DNA from: Auanema rhodensis
Lineage: Eukaryota; Animalia; Nematoda
DNA: 64,000 bases
Assembly (NCBI GenBank): GCA_964057225.1
Contig: OZ059894.1
Span: 11,470,001 to 11,534,000 of the forward strand
Direction of reading: 5' to 3'
This document shows positions 49,501 through 63,147 of this stretch, piece by piece; position 1 is the stretch's first letter; each line of letters begins with the position of its first letter. The position numbers and the translations under genes are program-made. The notes under the pieces were generated by a model. The model made no database searches, was not told the origin of the DNA, and saw only the letters and a list, made by a program, of their open reading frames with translations.

Positions 49501-50240
49501 GTGGTCGGCGCCTTTGTCGGAAGTTGGGAACTTTGATCATAATGTCAAGAGACTTTCTGATTGCGTCTACCAACTCTTCCAGGACCTGCTCGAGCTCACT
49601 TTTGCACACAACCTTTTTAATTCTATCCACCCAAGTATTTTCAGAGTTTCTATTCGGATCAGGGTCGGCAAAAAATGGTTCTGTACTCGAAACCCTGATC
49701 TCGTTGAATATTTCACTCTCTCGCGGAAGGGGGGAAACTTCGGCCTCTGGGGACAAGTCCAGAATTGGGGCCTCAAACAAGCGTACCGTTGATGGAGATC
49801 CTTGTTCCTGTCCACTGGATGATGTTTCCTCCATTGTACGCTCCTCCACGGGCGGGGTGGTCGTCCTTGTGCCTGGTGGGCGGGTGTTCCTGATCCTCCG
49901 CAATATAGGGCGGGAACTGGGCTCTCTCGGAGATAGAGGTGAGATCACCACAGTTTCCTCTATGATGCGGAGGCATCCTTCAGCTTTTTTCTGATGGCTT
50001 TTAACGGCCTTCAGATTGCTGGTGAGGCCACAGGCACGGCACTCAAATTCTACTCCGACCTCATGTTCTCTCCGAAGATGGCGGACGAGACCATTGTGGT
50101 CTGAGTAGGATCGCGGAATAGGAGCGCAGATTGAACAAGAAAAAGGGCTCTGAAGAGGCACCTTTAGCTTGTAAAGCCCTTGCTCCATCTCTAGCAGATC
50201 TAAAGACTTACGTAGTACAGTTGCAATATCGATTTAGCCA
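46531..50240 (-). mobile_element. Full-length Utopia-type retrotransposon, variant beta, 3710 bp
   Basis: Head-to-tail with the previous copy; 3' UTR indels and coding substitutions relative to alpha. Confidence 0.94.
46910..50188 (-). CDS. Zinc finger-RT-RLE retrotransposon protein (1092 aa)
   Basis: Intact YADD, CCHC and PD..D..K motifs; scattered substitutions versus alpha. Confidence 0.97.
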   Translation of the reverse strand: MEQGLYKLKVPLQSPFSCSICAPIPRSYSDHNGLVRHLRREHEVGVEFECRACGLTSNLKAVKSHQKKAEGCLRIIEETVVISPLSPREPSSRPILRRIRNTRPPGTRTTTPPVEERTMEETSSSGQEQGSPSTVRLFEAPILDLSPEAEVSPLPRESEIFNEIRVSSTEPFFADPDPNRNSENTWVDRIKKVVCKSELEQVLEELVDAIRKSLDIMIKVPNFRQRRRPHTQPEEDQKTQAMKLQKLWRANKKKAFRQLLGEQSETCTIPSAEVEKHFLSVHSSQGPALPITVTRPDLPASTDPLEGVFTPLEVWERIRRCSDTAPGADGLRYSHWKKFDQGGHILAAIFNTVHKLGHIPFSWKESTTVLIHKKGDKADINNWRPIALSCTIGKTYSACLTHRLLTWARAEKRLSPSQKGFVAKAGCMEHNFMLQSTIADAKRKREKIAIAWLDLANAFGSLPHETLLDVLRWSGVAEASISRVRALYTDASTRIQTGSGLTSTIPVHAGVLQGSPLSPILFNLAIEPLIKTILESSTGYKLHNHNIAVLAYADDLALVSSSSEDLQKMLDAASNAANFTGLTFKPAKCATLTIDKGKISTASYMLQSSSLPALSKFDSYSHLGIPTGMHLHKSAVPTVNIMSQHLEKIDKSLLAEWQKADAVRTFLMPCLNFHMTNGHVPKSKLVAFDKELKRCARRWMHYPPNASAEPIYLPTNYGGLGLSRLQHLSDVCEVTHAYQLLKSSDLVVADIAHQDSKKVASKRIKRQASNDETAAYYNGSVDGIFDTETSDVSSIWTRVRVAMRQLKKLINANWTCLESGLELNLNNQLLTPSLCHRSLRRALWLKDLRILLQKPDQGKVFDVTMLNKASNHFMAKGDFIRFADWRFIHKARLNTLQLNGCRRHGEGNKQCRRCSYSNETAAHVLGHCHSHTRAIQLRHNNIVDRLIKALPEPKNGEVYTNQPLPGINSTLRPDIVVVDHDAKHCSIVDVTVSYENRRQAMIAARMIKERKYADIASQYQCLGYKTSVEAYVVGMLGTMDPLNGQALRSLKISSHYNRLMEKLVVADTIKWARNIYVEHVSGVRQYEEEIIN

Positions 50241-50336
50241 TTAACCTTATTGTGAACCAATGGAACACATATCGAAGGTTAATTCGATAAGAACGATTAC
50301 TACACTTTGATCTTAGCCAAAAGGCCGAGAAGCGAT
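50241..50336 (-). pseudogene. Interrupted U2 snRNA, nt 1-96
   Basis: U2 match stops at nt 96. Confidence 0.92.
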
Positions 50337-50778
50337 ACAGCATAGCCATGAGTATCAAAGACATCAAGCAAATGTATCGTACTTGTTACGAGTGCACTCT
50401 CTCATTTGAATATAAAAGTGTGGTTTGACAATCTTGACTGTACAGGTCATAAATGGCTCATATAAACTGTGGATTTACTCAACTTTTGGACTTATTTTTT
50501 TCTTATTCGAAGCGCTGCACTTTTTTCTATTCTTTTTATTCAAATACTTGTATATAGTTTTATATGTACGGTTGCAAAGTTTCCGAATATTTTATATATT
50601 TTTATACAATAATTAGGAGAAGGTTAATACAATGAAATCTCCCAACTTTACAGTGTTTGTATTGCTTACAGTATCTAGAACAACCACTCTTGTAATATTA
50701 GAGCACATATCAATCAACAACTTTTTCTAGTTATCAAAGCTTTTTTATTTCTTCAAGATATTTCAAATAAAATATAAA

Positions 50779-50897
50779 AGCTTACGACACCCGGGATTCC
50801 CAAGCCGTCTCCGATCCAAGTACTAACCGGGCCCAACGTTGCTTGACTTGCCAGATCGGACGGGATGGCGTACTTTCAACGTGGTATGGTCGTAAGC
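50779..50897 (-). rRNA. 5S rRNA
   Basis: Identical copy. Confidence 0.96.
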
Positions 50898-51138
50898 AAT
50901 GTTATATTCTTCATTATCAGTTATATCACTCTAAATCTTGTTGTTAATAGTTAGGACCACAAAGAAAACAACAGGAACAGTAACAAATGAAATGCCCAAA
51001 CTTTACAGTGTTCGAGTTATTTACAGTATCTAAGACTACCTCTGTCGTGTTATTAGAGCAAACATTCGATTAACAACAACTTTTTTTTAGTTATCAAAGC
51101 TTTTTTATTTCTTCAAAAAATTTCAAATAAAATATAAA

Positions 51139-51257
51139 AGCTTACGACACCCGGGATTCCCAAGCCGTCTCCGATCCAAGTACTAACCGGGCCCAACGTT
51201 GCTTGACTTGCCAGATCGGACGGGATGGCGTACTTTCAACGTGGTATGGTCGTAAGC
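51139..51257 (-). rRNA. 5S rRNA
   Basis: Identical copy. Confidence 0.96.
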
Positions 51258-51399
51258 AATGTCATATTCTTCATTATCAGTTATATCACTCTAAATCTTG
51301 TTGTTAATAGATACGACCACAAAGAAAACAACAGGAACAGTAACAATAACAAAAAAAATTTTTTTTTCACCTATGTGTCTAAAGGTTAGCCATGTATCC

Positions 51400-51445
<46 letters not shown>

Positions 51446-52627
51446 ACAGTAAAAAGTCCAATCAAGAGAGAAATTTTTTCAACACATAGTTTTTTTTTTT
51501 TTAAATATCATTGTTTTTCCTCATAACTCGGTTTAAACTCGTTCTAACCCGTTGAAATACGTCTAGAAAGTCTTTATAACATGCATATGTATGATAGAAC
51601 TTCATATTTATTGTAATAGAAAATTTTATTTTCAGACGTCTTGGTTAACAATGATATGTTTTACCCCCTTATAATTTTTATCATAATGTTCCTTATACGG
51701 AACGCTCAATGAAACTTGCTTCCAGAAAAATTTCTTTCTATTTTTTCTTCATATGTACGTAGATACTATAGAGAACTATGATAGAAAACTTTAACATTCA
51801 CGAAATCATCATTTCTCATTACGCTACGGAGGTTTAAAAAGCTGTGTTTTACCTTATAATAGACCGGAAAACCCTTGTGTTAAAACTGGACCGTTTTTAC
51901 ACATATAAAAATGTCCCGTATTCGGGACCCTAATGTAACTTTTGATTCCCTATATTTTTTTTCATGAAATTTACAATCTACTGTAGAAAGAAGAATTATT
52001 TTTATAAAAACTGTAAATTTTTGAAAAATGAAAACAAAACGAAAACAAAAACAACTTTTTTTTGAACATTTTCTCACACAAGGGTCCCCCCTTACCTACT
52101 TTTTTTCTCATTACTCGTTTCAACCTCATCCGATCACTCTGCAAACATGTTTAATCGTTCTAACTTGTTGAAATACGTCTTAAAAGTCTAAACAACATGC
52201 ATATGCATAATAGAAACCACCCGAATAGGCCCCCACGCACTAAACGAGATATATACATTACCAGTATAGTAATAGAACACATATTGAAGATTAATTCGAT
52301 AAGAACAATTTATTGACGTAGAGAATGTTTGTTCCGAAAAACTACAATATTAAACTATAAAAGTAACAAAAGCGTAGAGGCAGCAAAGACATGAATAAAC
52401 ATAAATGTAAATACAGAATTACCAGGTAGTACATAAGTATGACAAAAAATTATAAGAAAGCCATGAAAATAGAAGGTTTGTGAACAAATGAGAGGTACAT
52501 CTTTGATCGTATAGTCATTTCTAAACCGTTCGTATGCTGCAGCATCGTCATAAGCGTCACTCAAGTTGAATTTCCATGTGTACTACACGATTTTCATTCT
52601 TATTGTTACATTCTTTCCCTGAGGGAA

Positions 52628-52811
52628 TGGGCCGTTCCCGCCAGCAGTGCAAGAGCGGGTCGACCCGTGAGGTGGAGCTAGCAAGCCAGCATCTACCTCA
52701 AGTCTCAAAAATCGGTTAACCTTATTGTGAACCAATGGAACACATATCGAAGGTTAATTCGATAAGAACGATTACTACACTTTGATCTTAGCCAAAAGGC
52801 CGAGAAGCGAT
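52628..52811 (-). ncRNA. U2 snRNA
   Basis: Intact copy. Confidence 0.96.
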
Positions 52812-53253
52812 ACAGCATAGCCATGAGTATCAAAGACATCAAGCAAATGTATCGTACTTGTTACGAGTGCACTCTCTCATTTGAATATAAAAGTGTGGTT
52901 TGACAATCTTGACTGTACAGGTCATAAATGGCTCATATAAACTGTGGATTTACTCAACTTTTGGACTTATTTTTTTCTTATTCGAAGCGCTGCACTTTTT
53001 TCTATTCTTTTTATTCAAATACTTGTATATAGTTTTATATGTACGGTTGCAAAGTTTCCGAATATTTTATATATTTTTATACAATAATTAGGAGAAGGTT
53101 AATACAATGAAATCTCCCAACTTTACAGTGTTTGTATTGCTTACAGTATCTAGAACAACCACTCTTGTAATATTAGAGCACATATCAATCAACAACTTTT
53201 TCTAGTTATCAAAGCTTTTTTATTTCTTCAAGATATTTCAAATAAAATATAAA

Positions 53254-53372
53254 AGCTTACGACACCCGGGATTCCCAAGCCGTCTCCGATCCAAGTACTA
53301 ACCGGGCCCAACGTTGCTTGACTTGCCAGATCGGACGGGATGGCGTACTTTCAACGTGGTATGGTCGTAAGC
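53254..53372 (-). rRNA. 5S rRNA
   Basis: Identical copy. Confidence 0.96.
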
Positions 53373-53613
53373 AATGTTATATTCTTCATTATCAGTTATA
53401 TCACTCTAAATCTTGTTGTTAATAGTTAGGACCACAAAGAAAACAACAGGAACAGTAACAAATGAAATGCCCAAACTTTACAGTGTTCGAGTTATTTACA
53501 GTATCTAAGACTACCTCTGTCGTGTTATTAGAGCAAACATTCGATTAACAACAACTTTTTTTTAGTTATCAAAGCTTTTTTATTTCTTCAAAAAATTTCA
53601 AATAAAATATAAA

Positions 53614-53732
53614 AGCTTACGACACCCGGGATTCCCAAGCCGTCTCCGATCCAAGTACTAACCGGGCCCAACGTTGCTTGACTTGCCAGATCGGACGGGA
53701 TGGCGTACTTTCAACGTGGTATGGTCGTAAGC
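53614..53732 (-). rRNA. 5S rRNA
   Basis: Identical copy. Confidence 0.96.
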
Positions 53733-53874
53733 AATGTCATATTCTTCATTATCAGTTATATCACTCTAAATCTTGTTGTTAATAGATACGACCACAAAGA
53801 AAACAACAGGAACAGTAACAATAACAAAAAAAATTTTTTTTTCACCTATGTGTCTAAAGGTTAGCCATGTATCC

Positions 53875-53922
<48 letters not shown>

Positions 53923-55104
53923 ACAGTAAAAAGTCCAATCAAGAGAGAAATTTTTTCAACACATAGTTGTTTTTTTTTTAAATATCATTGTTTTTCCTCA
54001 TAACTCGGTTTAAACTCGTTCTAACCCGTTGAAATACGTCTAGAAAGTCTTTATAACATGCATATGTATGATAGAACTTCATATTTATTGTAATAGAAAA
54101 TTTTATTTTCAGACGTCTTGGTTAACAATGATATGTTTTACCCCCTTATAATTTTTATCATAATGTTCCTTATACGGAACGCTCAATGAAACTTGCTTCC
54201 AGAAAAATTTCTTTCTATTTTTTCTTCATATGTACGTAGATACTATAGAGAACTATGATAGAAAACTTTAACATTCACGAAATCATCATTTCTCATTACG
54301 CTACGGAGGTTTAAAAAGCTGTGTTTTACCTTATAATAGACCGGAAAACCCTTGTGTTAAAACTGGACCGTTTTTACACATATAAAAATGTCCCGTATTC
54401 GGGACCCTAATGTAACTTTTGATTCCCTATATTTTTTTTCATGAAATTTACAATCTACTGTAGAAAGAAGAATTATTTTTATAAAAACTGTAAATTTTTG
54501 AAAAATGAAAACAAAACGAAAACAAAAACAACTTTTTTTTGAACATTTTCTCACACAAGGGTCCCCCCTTACCTACTTTTTTTCTCATTACTCGTTTCAA
54601 CCTCATCCGATCACTCTGCAAACATGTTTAATCGTTCTAACTTGTTGAAATACGTCTTAAAAGTCTAAACAACATGCATATGCATAATAGAAACCACCCG
54701 AATAGGCCCCCACGCACTAAACGAGATATATACATTACCAGTATAGTAATAGAACACATATTGAAGATTAATTCGATAAGAACAATTTATTGACGTAGAG
54801 AATGTTTGTTCCGAAAAACTACAATATTAAACTATAAAAGTAACAAAAGCGTAGAGGCAGCAAAGACATGAATAAACATAAATGTAAATACAGAATTACC
54901 AGGTAGTACATAAGTATGACAAAAAATTATAAGAAAGCCATGAAAATAGAAGGTTTGTGAACAAATGAGAGGTACATCTTTGATCGTATAGTCATTTCTA
55001 AACCGTTCGTATGCTGCAGCATCGTCATAAGCGTCACTCAAGTTGAATTTCCATGTGTACTACACGATTTTCATTCTTATTGTTACATTCTTTCCCTGAG
55101 GGAA

Positions 55105-55288
55105 TGGGCCGTTCCCGCCAGCAGTGCAAGAGCGGGTCGACCCGTGAGGTGGAGCTAGCAAGCCAGCATCTACCTCAAGTCTCAAAAATCGGTTAACCTT
55201 ATTGTGAACCAATGGAACACATATCGAAGGTTAATTCGATAAGAACGATTACTACACTTTGATCTTAGCCAAAAGGCCGAGAAGCGAT
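55105..55288 (-). ncRNA. U2 snRNA
   Basis: Intact copy. Confidence 0.96.
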
Positions 55289-55730
55289 ACAGCATAGCCA
55301 TGAGTATCAAAGACATCAAGCAAATGTATCGTACTTGTTACGAGTGCACTCTCTCATTTGAATATAAAAGTGTGGTTTGACAATCTTGACTGTACAGGTC
55401 ATAAATGGCTCATATAAACTGTGGATTTACTCAACTTTTGGACTTATTTTTTTCTTATTCGAAGCGCTGCACTTTTTTCTATTCTTTTTATTCAAATACT
55501 TGTATATAGTTTTATATGTACGGTTGCAAAGTTTCCGAATATTTTATATATTTTTATACAATAATTAGGAGAAGGTTAATACAATGAAATCTCCCAACTT
55601 TACAGTGTTTGTATTGCTTACAGTATCTAGAACAACCACTCTTGTAATATTAGAGCACATATCAATCAACAACTTTTTCTAGTTATCAAAGCTTTTTTAT
55701 TTCTTCAAGATATTTCAAATAAAATATAAA

Positions 55731-55849
55731 AGCTTACGACACCCGGGATTCCCAAGCCGTCTCCGATCCAAGTACTAACCGGGCCCAACGTTGCTTGACT
55801 TGCCAGATCGGACGGGATGGCGTACTTTCAACGTGGTATGGTCGTAAGC
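55731..55849 (-). rRNA. 5S rRNA
   Basis: Identical copy. Confidence 0.96.
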
Positions 55850-56090
55850 AATGTTATATTCTTCATTATCAGTTATATCACTCTAAATCTTGTTGTTAAT
55901 AGTTAGGACCACAAAGAAAACAACAGGAACAGTAACAAATGAAATGCCCAAACTTTACAGTGTTCGAGTTATTTACAGTATCTAAGACTACCTCTGTCGT
56001 GTTATTAGAGCAAACATTCGATTAACAACAACTTTTTTTTAGTTATCAAAGCTTTTTTATTTCTTCAAAAAATTTCAAATAAAATATAAA

Positions 56091-56209
56091 AGCTTACGAC
56101 ACCCGGGATTCCCAAGCCGTCTCCGATCCAAGTACTAACCGGGCCCAACGTTGCTTGACTTGCCAGATCGGACGGGATGGCGTACTTTCAACGTGGTATG
56201 GTCGTAAGC
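56091..56209 (-). rRNA. 5S rRNA
   Basis: Identical copy. Confidence 0.96.
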
Positions 56210-56351
56210 AATGTCATATTCTTCATTATCAGTTATATCACTCTAAATCTTGTTGTTAATAGATACGACCACAAAGAAAACAACAGGAACAGTAACAATA
56301 ACAAAAAAAATTTTTTTTTCACCTATGTGTCTAAAGGTTAGCCATGTATCC

Positions 56352-56393
<42 letters not shown>

Positions 56394-57575
56394 ACAGTAA
56401 AAAGTCCAATCAAGAGAGAAATTTTTTCAACACATAGTTGTTTTTTTTTTAAATATCATTGTTTTTCCTCATAACTCGGTTTAAACTCGTTCTAACCCGT
56501 TGAAATACGTCTAGAAAGTCTTTATAACATGCATATGTATGATAGAACTTCATATTTATTGTAATAGAAAATTTTATTTTCAGACGTCTTGGTTAACAAT
56601 GATATGTTTTACCCCCTTATAATTTTTATCATAATGTTCCTTATACGGAACGCTCAATGAAACTTGCTTCCAGAAAAATTTCTTTCTATTTTTTCTTCAT
56701 ATGTACGTAGATACTATAGAGAACTATGATAGAAAACTTTAACATTCACGAAATCATCATTTCTCATTACGCTACGGAGGTTTAAAAAGCTGTGTTTTAC
56801 CTTATAATAGACCGGAAAACCCTTGTGTTAAAACTGGACCGTTTTTACACATATAAAAATGTCCCGTATTCGGGACCCTAATGTAACTTTTGATTCCCTA
56901 TATTTTTTTTCATGAAATTTACAATCTACTGTAGAAAGAAGAATTATTTTTATAAAAACTGTAAATTTTTGAAAAATGAAAACAAAACGAAAACAAAAAC
57001 AACTTTTTTTTGAACATTTTCTCACACAAGGGTCCCCCCTTACCTACTTTTTTTCTCATTACTCGTTTCAACCTCATCCGATCACTCTGCAAACATGTTT
57101 AATCGTTCTAACTTGTTGAAATACGTCTTAAAAGTCTAAACAACATGCATATGCATAATAGAAACCACCCGAATAGGCCCCCACGCACTAAACGAGATAT
57201 ATACATTACCAGTATAGTAATAGAACACATATTGAAGATTAATTCGATAAGAACAATTTATTGACGTAGAGAATGTTTGTTCCGAAAAACTACAATATTA
57301 AACTATAAAAGTAACAAAAGCGTAGAGGCAGCAAAGACATGAATAAACATAAATGTAAATACAGAATTACCAGGTAGTACATAAGTATGACAAAAAATTA
57401 TAAGAAAGCCATGAAAATAGAAGGTTTGTGAACAAATGAGAGGTACATCTTTGATCGTATAGTCATTTCTAAACCGTTCGTATGCTGCAGCATCGTCATA
57501 AGCGTCACTCAAGTTGAATTTCCATGTGTACTACACGATTTTCATTCTTATTGTTACATTCTTTCCCTGAGGGAA

Positions 57576-57759
57576 TGGGCCGTTCCCGCCAGCAGTGCAA
57601 GAGCGGGTCGACCCGTGAGGTGGAGCTAGCAAGCCAGCATCTACCTCAAGTCTCAAAAATCGGTTAACCTTATTGTGAACCAATGGAACACATATCGAAG
57701 GTTAATTCGATAAGAACGATTACTACACTTTGATCTTAGCCAAAAGGCCGAGAAGCGAT
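57576..57759 (-). ncRNA. U2 snRNA
   Basis: Intact copy. Confidence 0.96.
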
Positions 57760-58201
57760 ACAGCATAGCCATGAGTATCAAAGACATCAAGCAAATGTAT
57801 CGTACTTGTTACGAGTGCACTCTCTCATTTGAATATAAAAGTGTGGTTTGACAATCTTGACTGTACAGGTCATAAATGGCTCATATAAACTGTGGATTTA
57901 CTCAACTTTTGGACTTATTTTTTTCTTATTCGAAGCGCTGCACTTTTTTCTATTCTTTTTATTCAAATACTTGTATATAGTTTTATATGTACGGTTGCAA
58001 AGTTTCCGAATATTTTATATATTTTTATACAATAATTAGGAGAAGGTTAATACAATGAAATCTCCCAACTTTACAGTGTTTGTATTGCTTACAGTATCTA
58101 GAACAACCACTCTTGTAATATTAGAGCACATATCAATCAACAACTTTTTCTAGTTATCAAAGCTTTTTTATTTCTTCAAGATATTTCAAATAAAATATAA
58201 A

Positions 58202-58320
58202 AGCTTACGACACCCGGGATTCCCAAGCCGTCTCCGATCCAAGTACTAACCGGGCCCAACGTTGCTTGACTTGCCAGATCGGACGGGATGGCGTACTTTC
58301 AACGTGGTATGGTCGTAAGC
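58202..58320 (-). rRNA. 5S rRNA
   Basis: Identical copy. Confidence 0.96.
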
Positions 58321-58561
58321 AATGTTATATTCTTCATTATCAGTTATATCACTCTAAATCTTGTTGTTAATAGTTAGGACCACAAAGAAAACAACAGGAA
58401 CAGTAACAAATGAAATGCCCAAACTTTACAGTGTTCGAGTTATTTACAGTATCTAAGACTACCTCTGTCGTGTTATTAGAGCAAACATTCGATTAACAAC
58501 AACTTTTTTTTAGTTATCAAAGCTTTTTTATTTCTTCAAAAAATTTCAAATAAAATATAAA

Positions 58562-58680
58562 AGCTTACGACACCCGGGATTCCCAAGCCGTCTCCGATCC
58601 AAGTACTAACCGGGCCCAACGTTGCTTGACTTGCCAGATCGGACGGGATGGCGTACTTTCAACGTGGTATGGTCGTAAGC
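58562..58680 (-). rRNA. 5S rRNA
   Basis: Identical copy. Confidence 0.96.
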
Positions 58681-58822
58681 AATGTCATATTCTTCATTAT
58701 CAGTTATATCACTCTAAATCTTGTTGTTAATAGATACGACCACAAAGAAAACAACAGGAACAGTAACAATAACAAAAAAAATTTTTTTTTCACCTATGTG
58801 TCTAAAGGTTAGCCATGTATCC

Positions 58823-58866
<44 letters not shown>

Positions 58867-60048
58867 ACAGTAAAAAGTCCAATCAAGAGAGAAATTTTTT
58901 CAACACATAGTTGTTTTTTTTTTAAATATCATTGTTTTTCCTCATAACTCGGTTTAAACTCGTTCTAACCCGTTGAAATACGTCTAGAAAGTCTTTATAA
59001 CATGCATATGTATGATAGAACTTCATATTTATTGTAATAGAAAATTTTATTTTCAGACGTCTTGGTTAACAATGATATGTTTTACCCCCTTATAATTTTT
59101 ATCATAATGTTCCTTATACGGAACGCTCAATGAAACTTGCTTCCAGAAAAATTTCTTTCTATTTTTTCTTCATATGTACGTAGATACTATAGAGAACTAT
59201 GATAGAAAACTTTAACATTCACGAAATCATCATTTCTCATTACGCTACGGAGGTTTAAAAAGCTGTGTTTTACCTTATAATAGACCGGAAAACCCTTGTG
59301 TTAAAACTGGACCGTTTTTACACATATAAAAATGTCCCGTATTCGGGACCCTAATGTAACTTTTGATTCCCTATATTTTTTTTCATGAAATTTACAATCT
59401 ACTGTAGAAAGAAGAATTATTTTTATAAAAACTGTAAATTTTTGAAAAATGAAAACAAAACGAAAACAAAAACAACTTTTTTTTGAACATTTTCTCACAC
59501 AAGGGTCCCCCCTTACCTACTTTTTTTCTCATTACTCGTTTCAACCTCATCCGATCACTCTGCAAACATGTTTAATCGTTCTAACTTGTTGAAATACGTC
59601 TTAAAAGTCTAAACAACATGCATATGCATAATAGAAACCACCCGAATAGGCCCCCACGCACTAAACGAGATATATACATTACCAGTATAGTAATAGAACA
59701 CATATTGAAGATTAATTCGATAAGAACAATTTATTGACGTAGAGAATGTTTGTTCCGAAAAACTACAATATTAAACTATAAAAGTAACAAAAGCGTAGAG
59801 GCAGCAAAGACATGAATAAACATAAATGTAAATACAGAATTACCAGGTAGTACATAAGTATGACAAAAAATTATAAGAAAGCCATGAAAATAGAAGGTTT
59901 GTGAACAAATGAGAGGTACATCTTTGATCGTATAGTCATTTCTAAACCGTTCGTATGCTGCAGCATCGTCATAAGCGTCACTCAAGTTGAATTTCCATGT
60001 GTACTACACGATTTTCATTCTTATTGTTACATTCTTTCCCTGAGGGAA

Positions 60049-60232
60049 TGGGCCGTTCCCGCCAGCAGTGCAAGAGCGGGTCGACCCGTGAGGTGGAGCT
60101 AGCAAGCCAGCATCTACCTCAAGTCTCAAAAATCGGTTAACCTTATTGTGAACCAATGGAACACATATCGAAGGTTAATTCGATAAGAACGATTACTACA
60201 CTTTGATCTTAGCCAAAAGGCCGAGAAGCGAT
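60049..60232 (-). ncRNA. U2 snRNA
   Basis: Intact copy. Confidence 0.96.
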
Positions 60233-60674
60233 ACAGCATAGCCATGAGTATCAAAGACATCAAGCAAATGTATCGTACTTGTTACGAGTGCACTCTCTCA
60301 TTTGAATATAAAAGTGTGGTTTGACAATCTTGACTGTACAGGTCATAAATGGCTCATATAAACTGTGGATTTACTCAACTTTTGGACTTATTTTTTTCTT
60401 ATTCGAAGCGCTGCACTTTTTTCTATTCTTTTTATTCAAATACTTGTATATAGTTTTATATGTACGGTTGCAAAGTTTCCGAATATTTTATATATTTTTA
60501 TACAATAATTAGGAGAAGGTTAATACAATGAAATCTCCCAACTTTACAGTGTTTGTATTGCTTACAGTATCTAGAACAACCACTCTTGTAATATTAGAGC
60601 ACATATCAATCAACAACTTTTTCTAGTTATCAAAGCTTTTTTATTTCTTCAAGATATTTCAAATAAAATATAAA

Positions 60675-60793
60675 AGCTTACGACACCCGGGATTCCCAAG
60701 CCGTCTCCGATCCAAGTACTAACCGGGCCCAACGTTGCTTGACTTGCCAGATCGGACGGGATGGCGTACTTTCAACGTGGTATGGTCGTAAGC
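60675..60793 (-). rRNA. 5S rRNA
   Basis: Identical copy. Confidence 0.96.
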
Positions 60794-61034
60794 AATGTTA
60801 TATTCTTCATTATCAGTTATATCACTCTAAATCTTGTTGTTAATAGTTAGGACCACAAAGAAAACAACAGGAACAGTAACAAATGAAATGCCCAAACTTT
60901 ACAGTGTTCGAGTTATTTACAGTATCTAAGACTACCTCTGTCGTGTTATTAGAGCAAACATTCGATTAACAACAACTTTTTTTTAGTTATCAAAGCTTTT
61001 TTATTTCTTCAAAAAATTTCAAATAAAATATAAA

Positions 61035-61153
61035 AGCTTACGACACCCGGGATTCCCAAGCCGTCTCCGATCCAAGTACTAACCGGGCCCAACGTTGCTT
61101 GACTTGCCAGATCGGACGGGATGGCGTACTTTCAACGTGGTATGGTCGTAAGC
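61035..61153 (-). rRNA. 5S rRNA
   Basis: Identical copy. Confidence 0.96.
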
Positions 61154-61295
61154 AATGTCATATTCTTCATTATCAGTTATATCACTCTAAATCTTGTTGT
61201 TAATAGATACGACCACAAAGAAAACAACAGGAACAGTAACAATAACAAAAAAAATTTTTTTTTCACCTATGTGTCTAAAGGTTAGCCATGTATCC

Positions 61296-61339
<44 letters not shown>

Positions 61340-62521
61340 ACAGTAAAAAGTCCAATCAAGAGAGAAATTTTTTCAACACATAGTTGTTTTTTTTTTAAAT
61401 ATCATTGTTTTTCCTCATAACTCGGTTTAAACTCGTTCTAACCCGTTGAAATACGTCTAGAAAGTCTTTATAACATGCATATGTATGATAGAACTTCATA
61501 TTTATTGTAATAGAAAATTTTATTTTCAGACGTCTTGGTTAACAATGATATGTTTTACCCCCTTATAATTTTTATCATAATGTTCCTTATACGGAACGCT
61601 CAATGAAACTTGCTTCCAGAAAAATTTCTTTCTATTTTTTCTTCATATGTACGTAGATACTATAGAGAACTATGATAGAAAACTTTAACATTCACGAAAT
61701 CATCATTTCTCATTACGCTACGGAGGTTTAAAAAGCTGTGTTTTACCTTATAATAGACCGGAAAACCCTTGTGTTAAAACTGGACCGTTTTTACACATAT
61801 AAAAATGTCCCGTATTCGGGACCCTAATGTAACTTTTGATTCCCTATATTTTTTTTCATGAAATTTACAATCTACTGTAGAAAGAAGAATTATTTTTATA
61901 AAAACTGTAAATTTTTGAAAAATGAAAACAAAACGAAAACAAAAACAACTTTTTTTTGAACATTTTCTCACACAAGGGTCCCCCCTTACCTACTTTTTTT
62001 CTCATTACTCGTTTCAACCTCATCCGATCACTCTGCAAACATGTTTAATCGTTCTAACTTGTTGAAATACGTCTTAAAAGTCTAAACAACATGCATATGC
62101 ATAATAGAAACCACCCGAATAGGCCCCCACGCACTAAACGAGATATATACATTACCAGTATAGTAATAGAACACATATTGAAGATTAATTCGATAAGAAC
62201 AATTTATTGACGTAGAGAATGTTTGTTCCGAAAAACTACAATATTAAACTATAAAAGTAACAAAAGCGTAGAGGCAGCAAAGACATGAATAAACATAAAT
62301 GTAAATACAGAATTACCAGGTAGTACATAAGTATGACAAAAAATTATAAGAAAGCCATGAAAATAGAAGGTTTGTGAACAAATGAGAGGTACATCTTTGA
62401 TCGTATAGTCATTTCTAAACCGTTCGTATGCTGCAGCATCGTCATAAGCTTCACTCAAGTTGAATTTCCATGTGTACTACACGATTTTCATTCTTATTGT
62501 TACATTCTTTCCCTGAGGGAA

Positions 62522-62705
62522 TGGGCCGTTCCCGCCAGCAGTGCAAGAGCGGGTCGACCCGTGAGGTGGAGCTAGCAAGCCAGCATCTACCTCAAGTCTC
62601 AAAAATCGGTTAACCTTATTGTGAACCAATGGAACACATATCGAAGGTTAATTCGATAAGAACGATTACTACACTTTGATCTTAGCCAAAAGGCCGAGAA
62701 GCGAT
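62522..62705 (-). ncRNA. U2 snRNA
   Basis: Intact copy. Confidence 0.96.
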
Positions 62706-63147
62706 ACAGCATAGCCATGAGTATCAAAGACATCAAGCAAATGTATCGTACTTGTTACGAGTGCACTCTCTCATTTGAATATAAAAGTGTGGTTTGACAA
62801 TCTTGACTGTACAGGTCATAAATGGCTCATATAAACTGTGGATTTACTCAACTTTTGGACTTATTTTTTTCTTATTCGAAGCGCTGCACTTTTTTCTATT
62901 CTTTTTATTCAAATACTTGTATATAGTTTTATATGTACGGTTGCAAAGTTTCCGAATATTTTATATATTTTTATACAATAATTAGGAGAAGGTTAATACA
63001 ATGAAATCTCCCAACTTTACAGTGTTTGTATTGCTTACAGTATCTAGAACAACCACTCTTGTAATATTAGAGCACATATCAATCAACAACTTTTTCTAGT
63101 TATCAAAGCTTTTTTATTTCTTCAAGATATTTCAAATAAAATATAAA

